Positions 36,652 to 46,729 of a stretch of DNA of 64,000 nt are shown here, piece after piece. A model generated the notes under the pieces. That model was given only the letters and a program-made list of their open reading frames with translations, searched no databases and was not told the DNA's origin. Origin of the DNA: Patescibacteria group bacterium (lineage in GTDB: Bacteria; Patescibacteriota; Patescibacteriia; XYB2-FULL-38-15); NCBI GenBank assembly GCA_041650995.1, contig JBAZJZ010000001.1, positions 71,891-135,890 of the forward strand, read 5' to 3'. Both the position numbers and the translations under genes were made by a program. How positions within the stretch are numbered: the stretch's first letter is position 1; every line of letters starts with the position of its first letter.

Positions 36652-37382
36652 AAATATCGATAATTATTCCAGCCTACAACGAAGAAAAATTATTGCCGCG
36701 ATGCTTAAAATCAATTTTTTCAGCTCATCATTCGGAAGAGCACGAAGTGATTGTCGTAAACAACGCTTCAACCGACCGGACAGAAGAAATTGCCAGAAGT
36801 TTCGCTGGCGTTAAGGTTGTCGCAGAATTAAATAAAGGAATCACAAGAGCTCGGCAGGCGGGATTTCTTGCTGCGAGCGGTGATATTTTGGTTTTCTTTG
36901 ACGCGGACACAATTATTCCTCCAGATTGGTTTTGTGTTGCTGTGACAAAATTTAAATCTAATCCCAAACTAATGGGCGTTTCCGGTCCGTATCATTTTGA
37001 AGCAATATCTTGGTGGGCGAGGGGATTGGAATGGTTTTATAATTATGTTGTTATGCCGACCGGAGAATTTGTTTGGAAATTTATTCTGCGCCAGGGAGGG
37101 ATAATGCTTCTGGGAGGAAATTTTGCCGTGAGGCGTGAAGCGCTTACGGCCGTGAACGGTTTTAACACAGAAATAGATTTTTACGGTGAAGATACAAATC
37201 TTACCCGACGAATGGCGAAAATTGGAAAAATTGATTACACGAATAAATTATTTGTTTATTCTTCTCCACGCCGCTTTGAGGGAGAGGGCGGGTTAAAGCT
37301 CGCGTTTAAATACGTTATAAATTTTTTAGGGGAATGGATTTTTAAAAAGCCGATAAATAAATCTTACGAAGATTTTAGATAA
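36648..37382 (+). CDS. glycosyltransferase family 2
   Basis: ISIIIPAYNEEKLLPRCL...VVNNASTDRT...FFDADT GT2 signature. Confidence 0.75.
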   Translation: MKISIIIPAYNEEKLLPRCLKSIFSAHHSEEHEVIVVNNASTDRTEEIARSFAGVKVVAELNKGITRARQAGFLAASGDILVFFDADTIIPPDWFCVAVTKFKSNPKLMGVSGPYHFEAISWWARGLEWFYNYVVMPTGEFVWKFILRQGGIMLLGGNFAVRREALTAVNGFNTEIDFYGEDTNLTRRMAKIGKIDYTNKLFVYSSPRRFEGEGGLKLAFKYVINFLGEWIFKKPINKSYEDFR

Positions 37383-37408
37383 AATTTACTGGTGAATAAA
37401 TTATTGAA

Positions 37409-38779
37409 ATGAAGAACGGAAAAAATCATAATAATCATAATCACGGCTATCAGAAAGCGTGGGTTGTTACGGTGGATATGGGCTACGGGCATCAGCGCGC
37501 CGCTTTTCCGTTGAAGGGTTTGGCCTACGGCGGAAAAATTATTAATGCTTCCAATTATCCCGGGATGCCGCGTGTTGATAGAAATACCTGGAGAGAAAGC
37601 AAGAGATTTTATGAATTTATGTCGCGTTTCAAGCGGATTCCCGTGGTAGGAGAGGCGGCTTTTAATATTTACGACAAGCTGCAGGAAATACCTTCATTTT
37701 ATCCCAAACGGGATCTTTCCGATCCGAGTGTGCAAATTGAACAAACTGTGGCTTTGATTAAAAAAAGAGAATGGGGCAAACATTTAATTCATACCTTGAA
37801 TAAGAAAAAAATTCCTTTGATCACAACATTTTTTATTCCGGCTTTTATGGCTGAGGCCTGGGAATATGAAGGAGATATTTATTGCGTAATTTGCGATGCG
37901 GATATTTCGAGGGCCTGGGCGCCGCCCGATCCGACGCAAAGTAAAATAAAATATTTCGCTCCCAATTATAGGGTTGTTGAACGCTTGAAGTGTTACGGCG
38001 TGCGGGCGGAAAACATTTTTTTGACCGGCTTTCCGTTGCCTGAAGAAAACACGGGCGGGAGGTATCTTGGAAATTTACATCATGACTTGGGAATAAGACT
38101 TACTCATCTTGATCCTAAAAAAATTTATACTTCAAAATACGCGCTTACGATAGATGAATATTTAGGAACAAAATGGCCGCCGCCAAAGACAAACGGTTCG
38201 CCGACATTGATGTTTGCGGTTGGTGGCGCTGGCGCGCAACGGGAATTGGGAGTGGAAATAGTGAAAAATTTGGCGCATAAAATTAAGGCAAAAAAAATAA
38301 AAGTGATTCTTGTTGCCGGCATCAGGAACGAAGTAAACCAGTATTTTAAAAAGCACGTTAGACAATTGGGGCTCGGGGGACATCTTGATAAAAATATTAA
38401 AATAATTTTTGGCGAAAGCACTGAAGATTATTTCAAAAAATTTAATCGAGCGCTGAGAAAGGTTGATGTTTTATGGACCAAACCTTCTGAACTTTCTTTT
38501 TATACTGCTTTGGGTTTGCCTGTTATTATTTCTTCACCCATCGGTTCACAGGAAGAATTTAACAGAAAGTGGCTTATTGCGATTGGTTCTGGCATTGATC
38601 CTGAAGACGTAAAATACGTTGATCAGTGGTTTTTTGACTGGATTGATTCGGGCTGGTTTGCCCGGGCAGCAATGCAAGGATTTATGGAGGGAGGAAAATA
38701 CGGGGCTTATAACATTGAGAAATTTATCAAACATAAACTAACTGAGGTAAAAGCAGTGAAGATGACTTTACAGTATTAA
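37409..38779 (+). CDS. putative GT-B fold glycosyltransferase (MGDG-synthase/UgtP/MurG-like N-terminus)
   Basis: WVVTVDMGYGHQRAA resembles the G-G-H nucleotide-sugar acceptor-domain loop of GT28-type enzymes; remote similarity only. Confidence 0.35.
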   Translation: MKNGKNHNNHNHGYQKAWVVTVDMGYGHQRAAFPLKGLAYGGKIINASNYPGMPRVDRNTWRESKRFYEFMSRFKRIPVVGEAAFNIYDKLQEIPSFYPKRDLSDPSVQIEQTVALIKKREWGKHLIHTLNKKKIPLITTFFIPAFMAEAWEYEGDIYCVICDADISRAWAPPDPTQSKIKYFAPNYRVVERLKCYGVRAENIFLTGFPLPEENTGGRYLGNLHHDLGIRLTHLDPKKIYTSKYALTIDEYLGTKWPPPKTNGSPTLMFAVGGAGAQRELGVEIVKNLAHKIKAKKIKVILVAGIRNEVNQYFKKHVRQLGLGGHLDKNIKIIFGESTEDYFKKFNRALRKVDVLWTKPSELSFYTALGLPVIISSPIGSQEEFNRKWLIAIGSGIDPEDVKYVDQWFFDWIDSGWFARAAMQGFMEGGKYGAYNIEKFIKHKLTEVKAVKMTLQY

Positions 38780-38783
38780 TTTC

Positions 38784-39791
38784 TTGTTAATGTATTCATT
38801 TTTTAAAAAAATATTTATTGCCATTAGCGCGATCATAGTCACCGCGGTTTTGTTTATTGCCATTTTATGGCTGCCGTTTTTTAACTCACCGAAAGAAATT
38901 AAATTTGGAGTGAGTTTTAGCAAAACATACGCCGCGGATTATTTGGAATTGGATTGGAAAGAAATGTATCTCGCGATTTTAGATGAATTAAACCCGCCGC
39001 TTTTGCGCCTTCAATCAGATTGGGATAAAACAGAGTTGTCGGAAGGAAATTTTGATTTTTCCGATCTTGATTGGCAAATGACCGAAGCGGAAAAACGGGG
39101 CATTAAAGTATTGCTCGTGGTTGGGCGCCGTCAGCCACACTGGCCAGAGTGCCATATTCCAGAGTGGTTAGCGGATGTGCCAGAAGCAGAAGTTCAAGAC
39201 AGAGCCCTTGAATTTGTAAAAACAACGGTTTTAAGATATAAAGACTCTCCGGTGCTTATGATGTGGCAGGTGGAAAACGAGCCGCTTTTGAATGCTTTTG
39301 GAGAATGTCCTCCGGCAGACATAAATTTTTTGAAACGGGAAATTACTCTCGTGGAATCTTTAGATGATCATCCTATATTGGTTACTGACAGCGGGGAATT
39401 ATCAACTTGGAGAAAAACAGCGCACCTTGGCGATTATTTTGGCACAACAATTTATCGTCGTGTTTATAGCAATTATTGCGGATATTTCCGCCATTTCTTT
39501 GCCCCGGCGTTTTATCGGCTAAAAGCTAAATTAGTCGGCTTGTCCTCGGATAAAATTATTATTTCTGAATTGCAAGCAGAGCCGTGGATGCCGGATGGGA
39601 AAGAGGGCAGAGGAAGCCTTGAGGATCAAAAAAGTGTAATGGATAATGAATTTATAAAAAAACAGATCGAATTTGCCCGTAAAACAGGTTTTTCAGAAGC
39701 TTATATTTGGGGGGTGGAATGGTGGTATTGGATAAAACTTCAGGGAGATGATTCCATTTGGAATATAGGCAAGGACATCTGGCAGCCTTGA
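38784..39791 (+). CDS. membrane-anchored TIM-barrel glycoside hydrolase-like protein (GH5/GH42-like, ENEP motif)
   Basis: N-terminal TM; MMWQVENEPL catalytic acid/base-type motif and IISELQAEPW. Confidence 0.45.
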   Translation: MLMYSFFKKIFIAISAIIVTAVLFIAILWLPFFNSPKEIKFGVSFSKTYAADYLELDWKEMYLAILDELNPPLLRLQSDWDKTELSEGNFDFSDLDWQMTEAEKRGIKVLLVVGRRQPHWPECHIPEWLADVPEAEVQDRALEFVKTTVLRYKDSPVLMMWQVENEPLLNAFGECPPADINFLKREITLVESLDDHPILVTDSGELSTWRKTAHLGDYFGTTIYRRVYSNYCGYFRHFFAPAFYRLKAKLVGLSSDKIIISELQAEPWMPDGKEGRGSLEDQKSVMDNEFIKKQIEFARKTGFSEAYIWGVEWWYWIKLQGDDSIWNIGKDIWQP

Positions 39792-39869
39792 TTCCCTTTA
39801 CTTTTACTTAAAAAGTGCTATAATTAGATAAAAGTTATACACAGGGCTAATTTTTAACTTTTTAGGACT

Positions 39870-40040
39870 ATGGCCAACGAACCAGTGATAGCTTATTGCG
39901 TAAAATGCAAGGCTAAAAAAGAAATGAAAGACCCCCAAGAGGTGGAAATGAAGGGAAAGGGCGGCGTGACACGAAGAGCCATGACCGGCACCTGCCCAAC
40001 TTGCGGCACAAAGATGTTTAGAATCATGGGTAAAAAATAG
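39870..40040 (+). CDS. small zinc-ribbon protein (56 aa)
   Basis: MANEPVIAYCVKCKAKKEM...TGTCPTCGTKMFRIMGKK; C-x2-C...C-x2-C; below the ORF-track cut-off. Confidence 0.5.
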   Translation: MANEPVIAYCVKCKAKKEMKDPQEVEMKGKGGVTRRAMTGTCPTCGTKMFRIMGKK

Positions 40041-40338
40041 TAGATTTTGATAGTTTTGACTAAAAAATGCTGAAATTAATTTTTTTCGGCATTTTTTTGG
40101 TTTTAGGAAGCGATGGCTGGGTCGCGATTTAATCTTTTTTTAATTTTTGTAGGTTATAGTTTAGATGAGGGGCAATCGATTGCGAGAGGTTCGTCTTTGG
40201 CGAATCTGCAAATCAAAATTTGCATGCAAAGCAGTGGATTGTCTCTCGCCAAAAGATTCTCTGTTATTAGGGGATTTTTTGTTTTTATGATAAAATAAAG
40301 CAAAAGATAAATTTTATCCCATTTTTGCTTATGCGCTT

Positions 40339-41829
40339 ATGCCATTTTTTAAAATAAAAAAATTAGACTTTGAAACCGGCGGGCGGTGGATTATTGTTTT
40401 GCGTGAAAAAGAGGCTCAAGCTTACGGTATTAGAATGGGCGATAAATTAAAGTTGAAATGGGATAGTCGCGAAACGGTGGTGACAGCTAATTTTACCCAT
40501 GCAAAAGTTGATGAGGGCGAAATCGGGCTTTTTAAGGAAATTTGGAAGCACTATACTTACAAACCCGGAGAAATGGTGGAATTATCCCTGCTTGAACGGC
40601 CGGCCTCAATTGAATCAATTAAGAAAAAACTTTTGGGAGGAGAATTGAATTATAAAGAAATGCGCGCGGTCGTGAAAGACATCGCCGACTATGTTTTGGG
40701 CGATCTTGAAATAACTTATTTTGTCGCTTCCGGTTTTGCCAGAAAATTTTCCAATCGCGAACTTTATTATCTTACAAAGTCTGTCGCGGAAACAGGCGAT
40801 ACGCTTCGCCTTCCGGGTCAGGTGGTAGATAAACATTCAGTCGGCGGTTTACCCGGGAACAGAACAACGATGCTTGTGATTCCAATTATCGCGAGTTTAG
40901 GTTTAAAAATTCCCAAGACTTCTTCGCGAGCGATCACTTCGGCTGCCGGGACAGCCGACACAATGGAGGTTTTGGCGCCCGTGACTTTTCCAATGAAAAA
41001 AATAAAAGAGATTGTGAAAAAAACTAACGCTTGCATTGCTTGGGGCGGAGGAACGCGGATTGCTCCGGCTGATGATAGAATCATTAAAGTTTCTTATCCG
41101 CTGTCTCTTGAGCCATATACAAAAATGATTGTTTCCGTGATGGCGAAAAAAGTGGCCATGGGAGTGAAACATTTAGTGATTGATTTGCCGGTTGGCCCGA
41201 CAGCCAAAATTCACCGTGTCTCCGATGCCAAAAAAATTGAACGAATAATGAAATATTTGGCCAAAAGATTTGGCATTAAAATAAAAGTTGATATTAATGA
41301 AGCCTTGAAGCCGATTGGTCGCGGCGTTGGGCCGGCGCTTGAAGCGCGAGATGTTTTGCGCGTGCTACAGAGAAAAGAACATCGGCCGCTCGACTTGGAA
41401 GAAAAAGCATTGGAACTTGCGGGTGAACTTTTGGATTTGGTGGGATTTACGAAAAAAGGAGAGGGTTACGACGCTGCCGCGGGAGCGCTTCGAAGCGGTA
41501 AGGCCTGGAAAAAAATGCAGGAAATAATTCTGGCCCAGGGAGGAAAGGCAAATATCGATGCGGAAGAAGTTGTTTTAAGCGATAAAATTTTAAAAATTAA
41601 AGCAAAAACCGACGGTCAGATTGCCAGTTTTGACAATAAGGCCATTGTGGCGATTTGCCGAATTTTGGGAGCGCCCTCTTGCAAAATTGCGGGAATTTAC
41701 TTAAATAAGGTGATGGGAGACCGGGTAAGAAGAGGAGATGTGCTTTTTACGATGTACGGAGAAAGCGAAGATAGGCTTGTCTTAGCGGAAAAGGCTCTTG
41801 GAAAAAACGAGGTTTTAAAAATAAAATAA
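40339..41829 (+). CDS. AMP phosphorylase / thymidine-phosphorylase-family protein (archaeal-type with N-terminal extension)
   Basis: 496 aa; glycosyl transferase family 3 core (HSVGGLPGNRTTMLVIPIIASLG, TSSRAITSAAGTADTME) plus an about 90-aa N-terminal domain as in archaeal DeoA AMP phosphorylases. Confidence 0.65.
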   Translation: MPFFKIKKLDFETGGRWIIVLREKEAQAYGIRMGDKLKLKWDSRETVVTANFTHAKVDEGEIGLFKEIWKHYTYKPGEMVELSLLERPASIESIKKKLLGGELNYKEMRAVVKDIADYVLGDLEITYFVASGFARKFSNRELYYLTKSVAETGDTLRLPGQVVDKHSVGGLPGNRTTMLVIPIIASLGLKIPKTSSRAITSAAGTADTMEVLAPVTFPMKKIKEIVKKTNACIAWGGGTRIAPADDRIIKVSYPLSLEPYTKMIVSVMAKKVAMGVKHLVIDLPVGPTAKIHRVSDAKKIERIMKYLAKRFGIKIKVDINEALKPIGRGVGPALEARDVLRVLQRKEHRPLDLEEKALELAGELLDLVGFTKKGEGYDAAAGALRSGKAWKKMQEIILAQGGKANIDAEEVVLSDKILKIKAKTDGQIASFDNKAIVAICRILGAPSCKIAGIYLNKVMGDRVRRGDVLFTMYGESEDRLVLAEKALGKNEVLKIK

Positions 41830-41871
41830 TAGCTAACTAAAACGGCAAAAATCATTAAATTTTTTTAGTTT

Positions 41872-42582
41872 ATGAGTATATTTAAGAAAATTTTTAAGGG
41901 CAATACCTTGTATTATCCGGGATGCCTTTCCAAATTTGTGGCAAAAGAATTGGTGGAAAATTATCGCCGGATTTTGCGCGAGGCTGGAGTTGATTTTATT
42001 GAACTTTCCGACCTTGAGGTTTGTTGCGGTTCGCCAGCGCTTAAAGCCGGCTATACCGACGATTTTAGAAAATTGGCGGAAAAGAATTTACAAATTTTCA
42101 AAGATCATTCGGTTGATAAAATTGTTACCCATTGCCCGGCGTGTTTTATGATTTTTAAAAAAGAATATCCCAAAGTTTTGGGGGAGAAGTGGGATATTGA
42201 AGTAGCGCACGCGACGGAAATTTTAAATCAGAAAACAAAAAAATCAGAAAGCATAAAAGGCGCGGTTACGTATCACGACCCATGCCACCTTGGCCGACAG
42301 ATGGGAGTTTACGAGCCGCCGCGAGAGATTATTAAATCTTTGGGTTATGAAATAAAAGAAATGGAATTAGCTGGTAAGGAAAGTTTTTGCTGCGGCGGGG
42401 GCGGGGGAGTCCAAGCAAACGAATCGGAGTTGGCCGATAAAATTGCCAAAGACAGAATCGCTATGGCGAAAAAAATCGGCGCGAATATTTTGGTTACGCC
42501 CTGCCCGCTTTGCTATATGCATTTGAAGAAAAATTCAGAAGGAGAAGATATTGATGTTAAAGAATTATCCCATTTGATGTAA
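41872..42582 (+). CDS. (Fe-S)-binding protein with two cysteine-rich CCG domains (LutA/GlcF/HdrD-like)
   Basis: C-x-C-C-G and HCPACF / CPLC motifs repeated twice. Confidence 0.55.
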   Translation: MSIFKKIFKGNTLYYPGCLSKFVAKELVENYRRILREAGVDFIELSDLEVCCGSPALKAGYTDDFRKLAEKNLQIFKDHSVDKIVTHCPACFMIFKKEYPKVLGEKWDIEVAHATEILNQKTKKSESIKGAVTYHDPCHLGRQMGVYEPPREIIKSLGYEIKEMELAGKESFCCGGGGGVQANESELADKIAKDRIAMAKKIGANILVTPCPLCYMHLKKNSEGEDIDVKELSHLM

Positions 42583-42584
42583 AT

Positions 42585-43841
42585 ATGCAAAAAGAATTTT
42601 TATCAAAAGAAACAAAAGAAAATATTTGGAAAGTTGTTTTTGAGTACAAAGCCAAGCGAGAAAAAACTTTGGCTGATTTAGGATTGGATCCGGAAAAATT
42701 CCGCGATGAATTTAGAAAAATGAAAGAGGATGCTTTTCGTGATATGGAAAATTTGCGGCGTCGAGCCATAGCCAATTTAGAAAAAAATGGAATAAAAGTT
42801 TTTGAGACAAAGGGCCCTGCCGAGGCGCAGAAGATTTTAAGAGATCTGACTGCTGGCGAAGAGATGATCATCAAATCAAAAACTTCCGCGGCCGACGAAA
42901 TTGACGTAGATAAAATTTTGGGAGAAAAGCTTGTGAGTACCGATCTTGGAGACTTTATTATGAGTGTGGCAAAAGTTCGCGATATGCATCCTGTTTTCCC
43001 GGCCTATCATTTATCTCCAAAACAAATTTCAGAAATTATAAAAAACAAATTCGGCGTTGACGTCACTCCTGACGCCAAAAGCATCGCCGTTTTTGCGAGA
43101 AAATATCTGCGGGAAAAAATGGTTTCGGCTGGAGCAGGCATCACGGGCGCAAATGTCATAACTGCTGATGGTCGAATTGTAGTTTTGGAAAACGAAGGAA
43201 ATATTTCTTTGGTTTCTCGTTTGCCGGCGAAGCACATTATAATTTCCGGTTGGGAAAAGATTGTGCCGACCATGGAGGACGCCATGAAAGTCGTTCGGGC
43301 CGCTGCCGTCTGGGGAACCGGGCAAGACTGGCCGGTTTATGTTTCCATAATTTCCGGGCCATCCAAAACCGCTGATATTCAAAATGAACTCGTGGTTGGA
43401 GCGCAAGGTGCCAAAGAAGTCTATTTAATTTTATTGGATAACGGCCGAGAAAAAATAATGGAAGATGGTTTTGAAGAATTACTGTATTGCATTAACTGCG
43501 GCGCTTGTTTGAATTTTTGTCCGGCATATCACGAACTTGGGACAAAATACGGCGATAAATATTTAGGAAGTAAGGGGATTATTTTATCGGCGTTTATGGC
43601 CGAACTTTTACGTGCTAAAGAATCGGGTTGTTATTCCTGCACGCTTTGCTCAGCTTGCCAAGAAAATTGTCCCGTAAAAATTGATTTGCCCGGTATGATG
43701 AAAAAAATCAGGACCAAGTTGAACGCGGAAAATTTAGAAACCGGCGAAAATAAAAAAATGATTGGAAACACGCGCGAGTTTGGCAATCCATTTGGCGAAC
43801 TCTCTGAGGACGGTACGCCGAAGGAACTTTATTGTTGCTAA
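42585..43841 (+). CDS. LutB/LldF-like iron-sulfur protein (LUD domain plus 4Fe-4S ferredoxin motifs)
   Basis: CINCGACLNFCPAYH and CTLCSACQENCP ferredoxin-type cysteine clusters; adjacent to the LutA-like gene. Confidence 0.55.
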   Translation: MQKEFLSKETKENIWKVVFEYKAKREKTLADLGLDPEKFRDEFRKMKEDAFRDMENLRRRAIANLEKNGIKVFETKGPAEAQKILRDLTAGEEMIIKSKTSAADEIDVDKILGEKLVSTDLGDFIMSVAKVRDMHPVFPAYHLSPKQISEIIKNKFGVDVTPDAKSIAVFARKYLREKMVSAGAGITGANVITADGRIVVLENEGNISLVSRLPAKHIIISGWEKIVPTMEDAMKVVRAAAVWGTGQDWPVYVSIISGPSKTADIQNELVVGAQGAKEVYLILLDNGREKIMEDGFEELLYCINCGACLNFCPAYHELGTKYGDKYLGSKGIILSAFMAELLRAKESGCYSCTLCSACQENCPVKIDLPGMMKKIRTKLNAENLETGENKKMIGNTREFGNPFGELSEDGTPKELYCC

Positions 43842-43909
43842 AAGGTTAATACGTTTTTTAAAAAAACACGGCCGTTGAGCCGTGTTTTAAATTTATTTTT
43901 TTAATTTTT

Positions 43910-44866
43910 TCAAGATAGATAATTTAAGAAAATTGTGGCGATCAAAAAGTAAATAAGAAGACTTGAAATGTCTCTGACAATTGTGGCGAAAGGACCGCTT
44001 GTTATTGCCGGATCAAGTTTTATTTTTAAAAACAAAGAGGGGAGAAGGATAGCGACAATAATAGCGATAATAATGGTTGTAAAAAAGGAAAGGGCCAGGA
44101 CAAGGCCGACAAGCAATAATTTATACCAAAGCAAACCGACCACACCCATTATAAGGGCCAGAACTAGAGCCAGGGAAAGGCCGACTTTTATTTCTCTTAA
44201 AATGTATTTTTTAAAATTTAATTTGTGATCAATCGCTAAACTCCTGATGTAAAGAGTCTGGGTTTGGGCACCAACGGCGTCGGCAATATAAACAATTGAT
44301 GGTATAAAAGCTGCGAAAATTAATTGAATTTTTAAAATTTCAGTAAAAGAATTTACAATAAAAGCGGCGATGGTCCCACCAGCAAGACCGAGAATTAGCC
44401 ATGGCAACCTTTTTTTAAAATGCAGGAGAGCTGGTGCTTGAATTATACTTACGGCCGGATCCTTGAATTTGTGGATACCAGCTGAAAGTAGAGCATCTTC
44501 AACATTTTCATTATGCAAAATCCCCAAAATCATATCAGATGGTACGACTCCAAGAAAATTATTTTCTTTATCAACGATGGGAATAGCTTTTAAATTGTTT
44601 TTTAGAGCTAAAAGAGCAACCCTTTCCGGTTTAGTGTGGAGATGGGCCTTAATAACATCACTAGTTAAAATATCTGAAATTTTTGTTTCGCAAGATTTTT
44701 GGAAAATTTTTTTTATAGAAAAAACGCCCACAAGTTTATTTGTGGCGTCCATTACATAAATATAATTTATTGTTTGAAATTGCCCCATTTTTTCTTGAAG
44801 CAATTTTAAAGCATCGTCTAAAGTTTGACTGGGGCGGATAATGGGCACTAGTTGTTTATCTATCAT
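43910..44866 (-). CDS. MgtE-like divalent cation transporter (CBS pair plus MgtE membrane domain)
   Basis: CBS-like VMDATNKLVGVFSIKKIF, C-terminal TM domain with IADAVGAQTQT; start chosen at the internal ATG (MIDKQL) because the longer ORF overlaps tRNA-Pro. Confidence 0.5.
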   Translation of the reverse strand: MIDKQLVPIIRPSQTLDDALKLLQEKMGQFQTINYIYVMDATNKLVGVFSIKKIFQKSCETKISDILTSDVIKAHLHTKPERVALLALKNNLKAIPIVDKENNFLGVVPSDMILGILHNENVEDALLSAGIHKFKDPAVSIIQAPALLHFKKRLPWLILGLAGGTIAAFIVNSFTEILKIQLIFAAFIPSIVYIADAVGAQTQTLYIRSLAIDHKLNFKKYILREIKVGLSLALVLALIMGVVGLLWYKLLLVGLVLALSFFTTIIIAIIVAILLPSLFLKIKLDPAITSGPFATIVRDISSLLIYFLIATIFLNYLS

Positions 44867-44929
44867 TTTTCCACCTGCTGAATTTTTTGGATAAATTTCA
44901 GGCATAACTTTAGAAAAGTTAGATCGAAG

Positions 44930-45003
44930 TCGGGGTGGAGGGATTCGCACCCTCGATCTCACGGTCCCGAACCGTGCGCCTTAGACTACTGGGCCACACC
45001 CCG
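44930..45003 (-). tRNA. tRNA-Pro (anticodon CGG)
   Basis: Reverse complement CGGGGTGTGGCCCAGTAGTCTAAGGCGCACGGTTCGGGACCGTGAGATCGAGGGTGCGAATCCCTCCACCCCGA; loop TTCGGGA. Confidence 0.7.
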
Positions 45004-45126
45004 TTAGAAATAAAAGACCGCGAAAGGTCTTAAAATTATTATACAAGATAATTTTTTTTTCGTAAACCCCAGTCACTTCACTAAAATATAAATAAAGAGT
45101 AAAATATATATACCTAAAATAACTTT

Positions 45127-46386
45127 ATGCAAGACCTATTTGACGGAAAATTAAATCAAGATTTAGCCAAAAACGCGCCACTCGCGGATCGCCTTAGGCC
45201 CGAGTTGCTTGATGAGTTTGAGGGACAGGAGGACTTGGTTGGCCCGGACAAAATGCTCCGCAATTTGATTCAAAACGACGAAATTCCTTCAATGATTTTT
45301 TGGGGTCCGCCTGGTTCTGGTAAAACAACTCTCGCCCGGATTATTGCAAAAATGACAAAATCCGAATTTATTCAGATGTCGGCGACGGCTTCGGGGCTGG
45401 CTGATCTGCGGAAAATTGTTTCCGCGGCGCAAAGCGGGCGAAAGTTTAATAACCGCCGGACAATTTTATTTATTGATGAAATCCACCGCTGGAATAAATC
45501 GCAACAAGATTCGCTTTTGCCGTACGTGGAAAACGGAACAATTACTTTAATCGGCGCGACCACGGAAAATCCATCATTTGAAGTTAACTCCGCCCTACTT
45601 TCCCGCTCGCGGGTTTTTGTTTTAAAATCTTTAGCCACAGAAAATATAAAAAATATTTTGAAGCGGGCGATTTCCGACAAGGTTCGCGGTTATGGAACAC
45701 TTGACGTGCAGATTCTTGACAAGACTCTCGACTATTTGGCTGGAGTAGCCAATGGTGACGCGCGGATTGCCTTGAATGCCTTGGAGTTTGCAGTGAAGGC
45801 TTCTCGAAAAGTAGATCAAAAAATGATACAATTAAATCAGGAAATGATTCGCGAAGCGTTGCAAAAAACTCATTTACTTTACGACCGGGCCGGCGAAGAA
45901 CATTTCAATATTATTTCCGCGCTTCATAAATCAATGCGAGGTTCGGATGCCGACGCGGCTCTTTATTGGCTTGGCCGGATGGTTGAGGCAGGGGAAGATC
46001 CGCTCTATATTGCCCGCCGTTTAGTTCGTTTCGCTTCGGAGGATATTGGCCTGGCTGATCCGCAGGCCTTGGTGCAAGCGACGACGGCTTACACCGCTTG
46101 CCATTATTTGGGTATGCCGGAATGCAACGTGATTTTGGCGCAAGCCGTGGCATATCTTTCTCGCGCTCCGAAGTCAAATGAACTTTATACTGCTTACGGC
46201 GAAGTCCAGCGTGATATCCGGGAAACGGAAAACGAACCAGTGCCGCTACATTTGCGGAATGCTCCGACAGACTTGATGAAAGATTTGGGATATGGAAAAG
46301 GATATAAATATAATCCAAATTTTAAAGAGCCGGTGCAGCAAGATTATTTTCCACTAAAATTAAAAGGAAGAAAATATTTAAAATAA
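45127..46386 (+). CDS. rarA: replication-associated recombination protein A (AAA+ ATPase RarA/MgsA)
   Basis: FWGPPGSGKTTLARIIA Walker A, ILFIDEIHR Walker B, C-terminal MgsA domain. Confidence 0.85.
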   Translation: MQDLFDGKLNQDLAKNAPLADRLRPELLDEFEGQEDLVGPDKMLRNLIQNDEIPSMIFWGPPGSGKTTLARIIAKMTKSEFIQMSATASGLADLRKIVSAAQSGRKFNNRRTILFIDEIHRWNKSQQDSLLPYVENGTITLIGATTENPSFEVNSALLSRSRVFVLKSLATENIKNILKRAISDKVRGYGTLDVQILDKTLDYLAGVANGDARIALNALEFAVKASRKVDQKMIQLNQEMIREALQKTHLLYDRAGEEHFNIISALHKSMRGSDADAALYWLGRMVEAGEDPLYIARRLVRFASEDIGLADPQALVQATTAYTACHYLGMPECNVILAQAVAYLSRAPKSNELYTAYGEVQRDIRETENEPVPLHLRNAPTDLMKDLGYGKGYKYNPNFKEPVQQDYFPLKLKGRKYLK

Positions 46387-46390
46387 TAAA

Positions 46391-46729
46391 TTGAAGTCTA
46401 TGACTGATGAAAAATGGCTGGATACAGTTTCCATATTAAAAGATAAATTTCCGATCTTGGAGGAGGGGAAAGAAGATCTGCCCGAGGAAGTTGGCCGGGG
46501 CTTTCGCGAATTTGTGATTTTCAACGGACCGTTCGGCAAAATGAAAATTGAGCGGACGACCAAGGCTATTGTCACCGGCAAAAAAACTTTAGGCTCGAAA
46601 AGAATGGGAAGTCAGGCGGCGGTGGAATACGTTTATTCCGATACGGAAAAAAGCCAGAAATTTAAAGCTTATAAATGGGATGATGGGCAAAATGATTGGA
46701 CGGAGATTACTTTAGAAGGAAGTTTATGA
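46391..46729 (+). CDS. hypothetical protein
   Basis: 112 aa, no recognised domain. Confidence 0.3.
   Translation: MKSMTDEKWLDTVSILKDKFPILEEGKEDLPEEVGRGFREFVIFNGPFGKMKIERTTKAIVTGKKTLGSKRMGSQAAVEYVYSDTEKSQKFKAYKWDDGQNDWTEITLEGSL

Noticed and set aside
40113-40298. 61-aa ORF upstream of the AMP phosphorylase gene
   Set aside because: No RBS and odd composition. The region is better explained by the palindromic leader structure, so it is kept only as a possibility.
43968-44759. Plus-strand ORFs of 86 and 98 aa
   Set aside because: They lie antisense inside the MgtE-like transporter gene.
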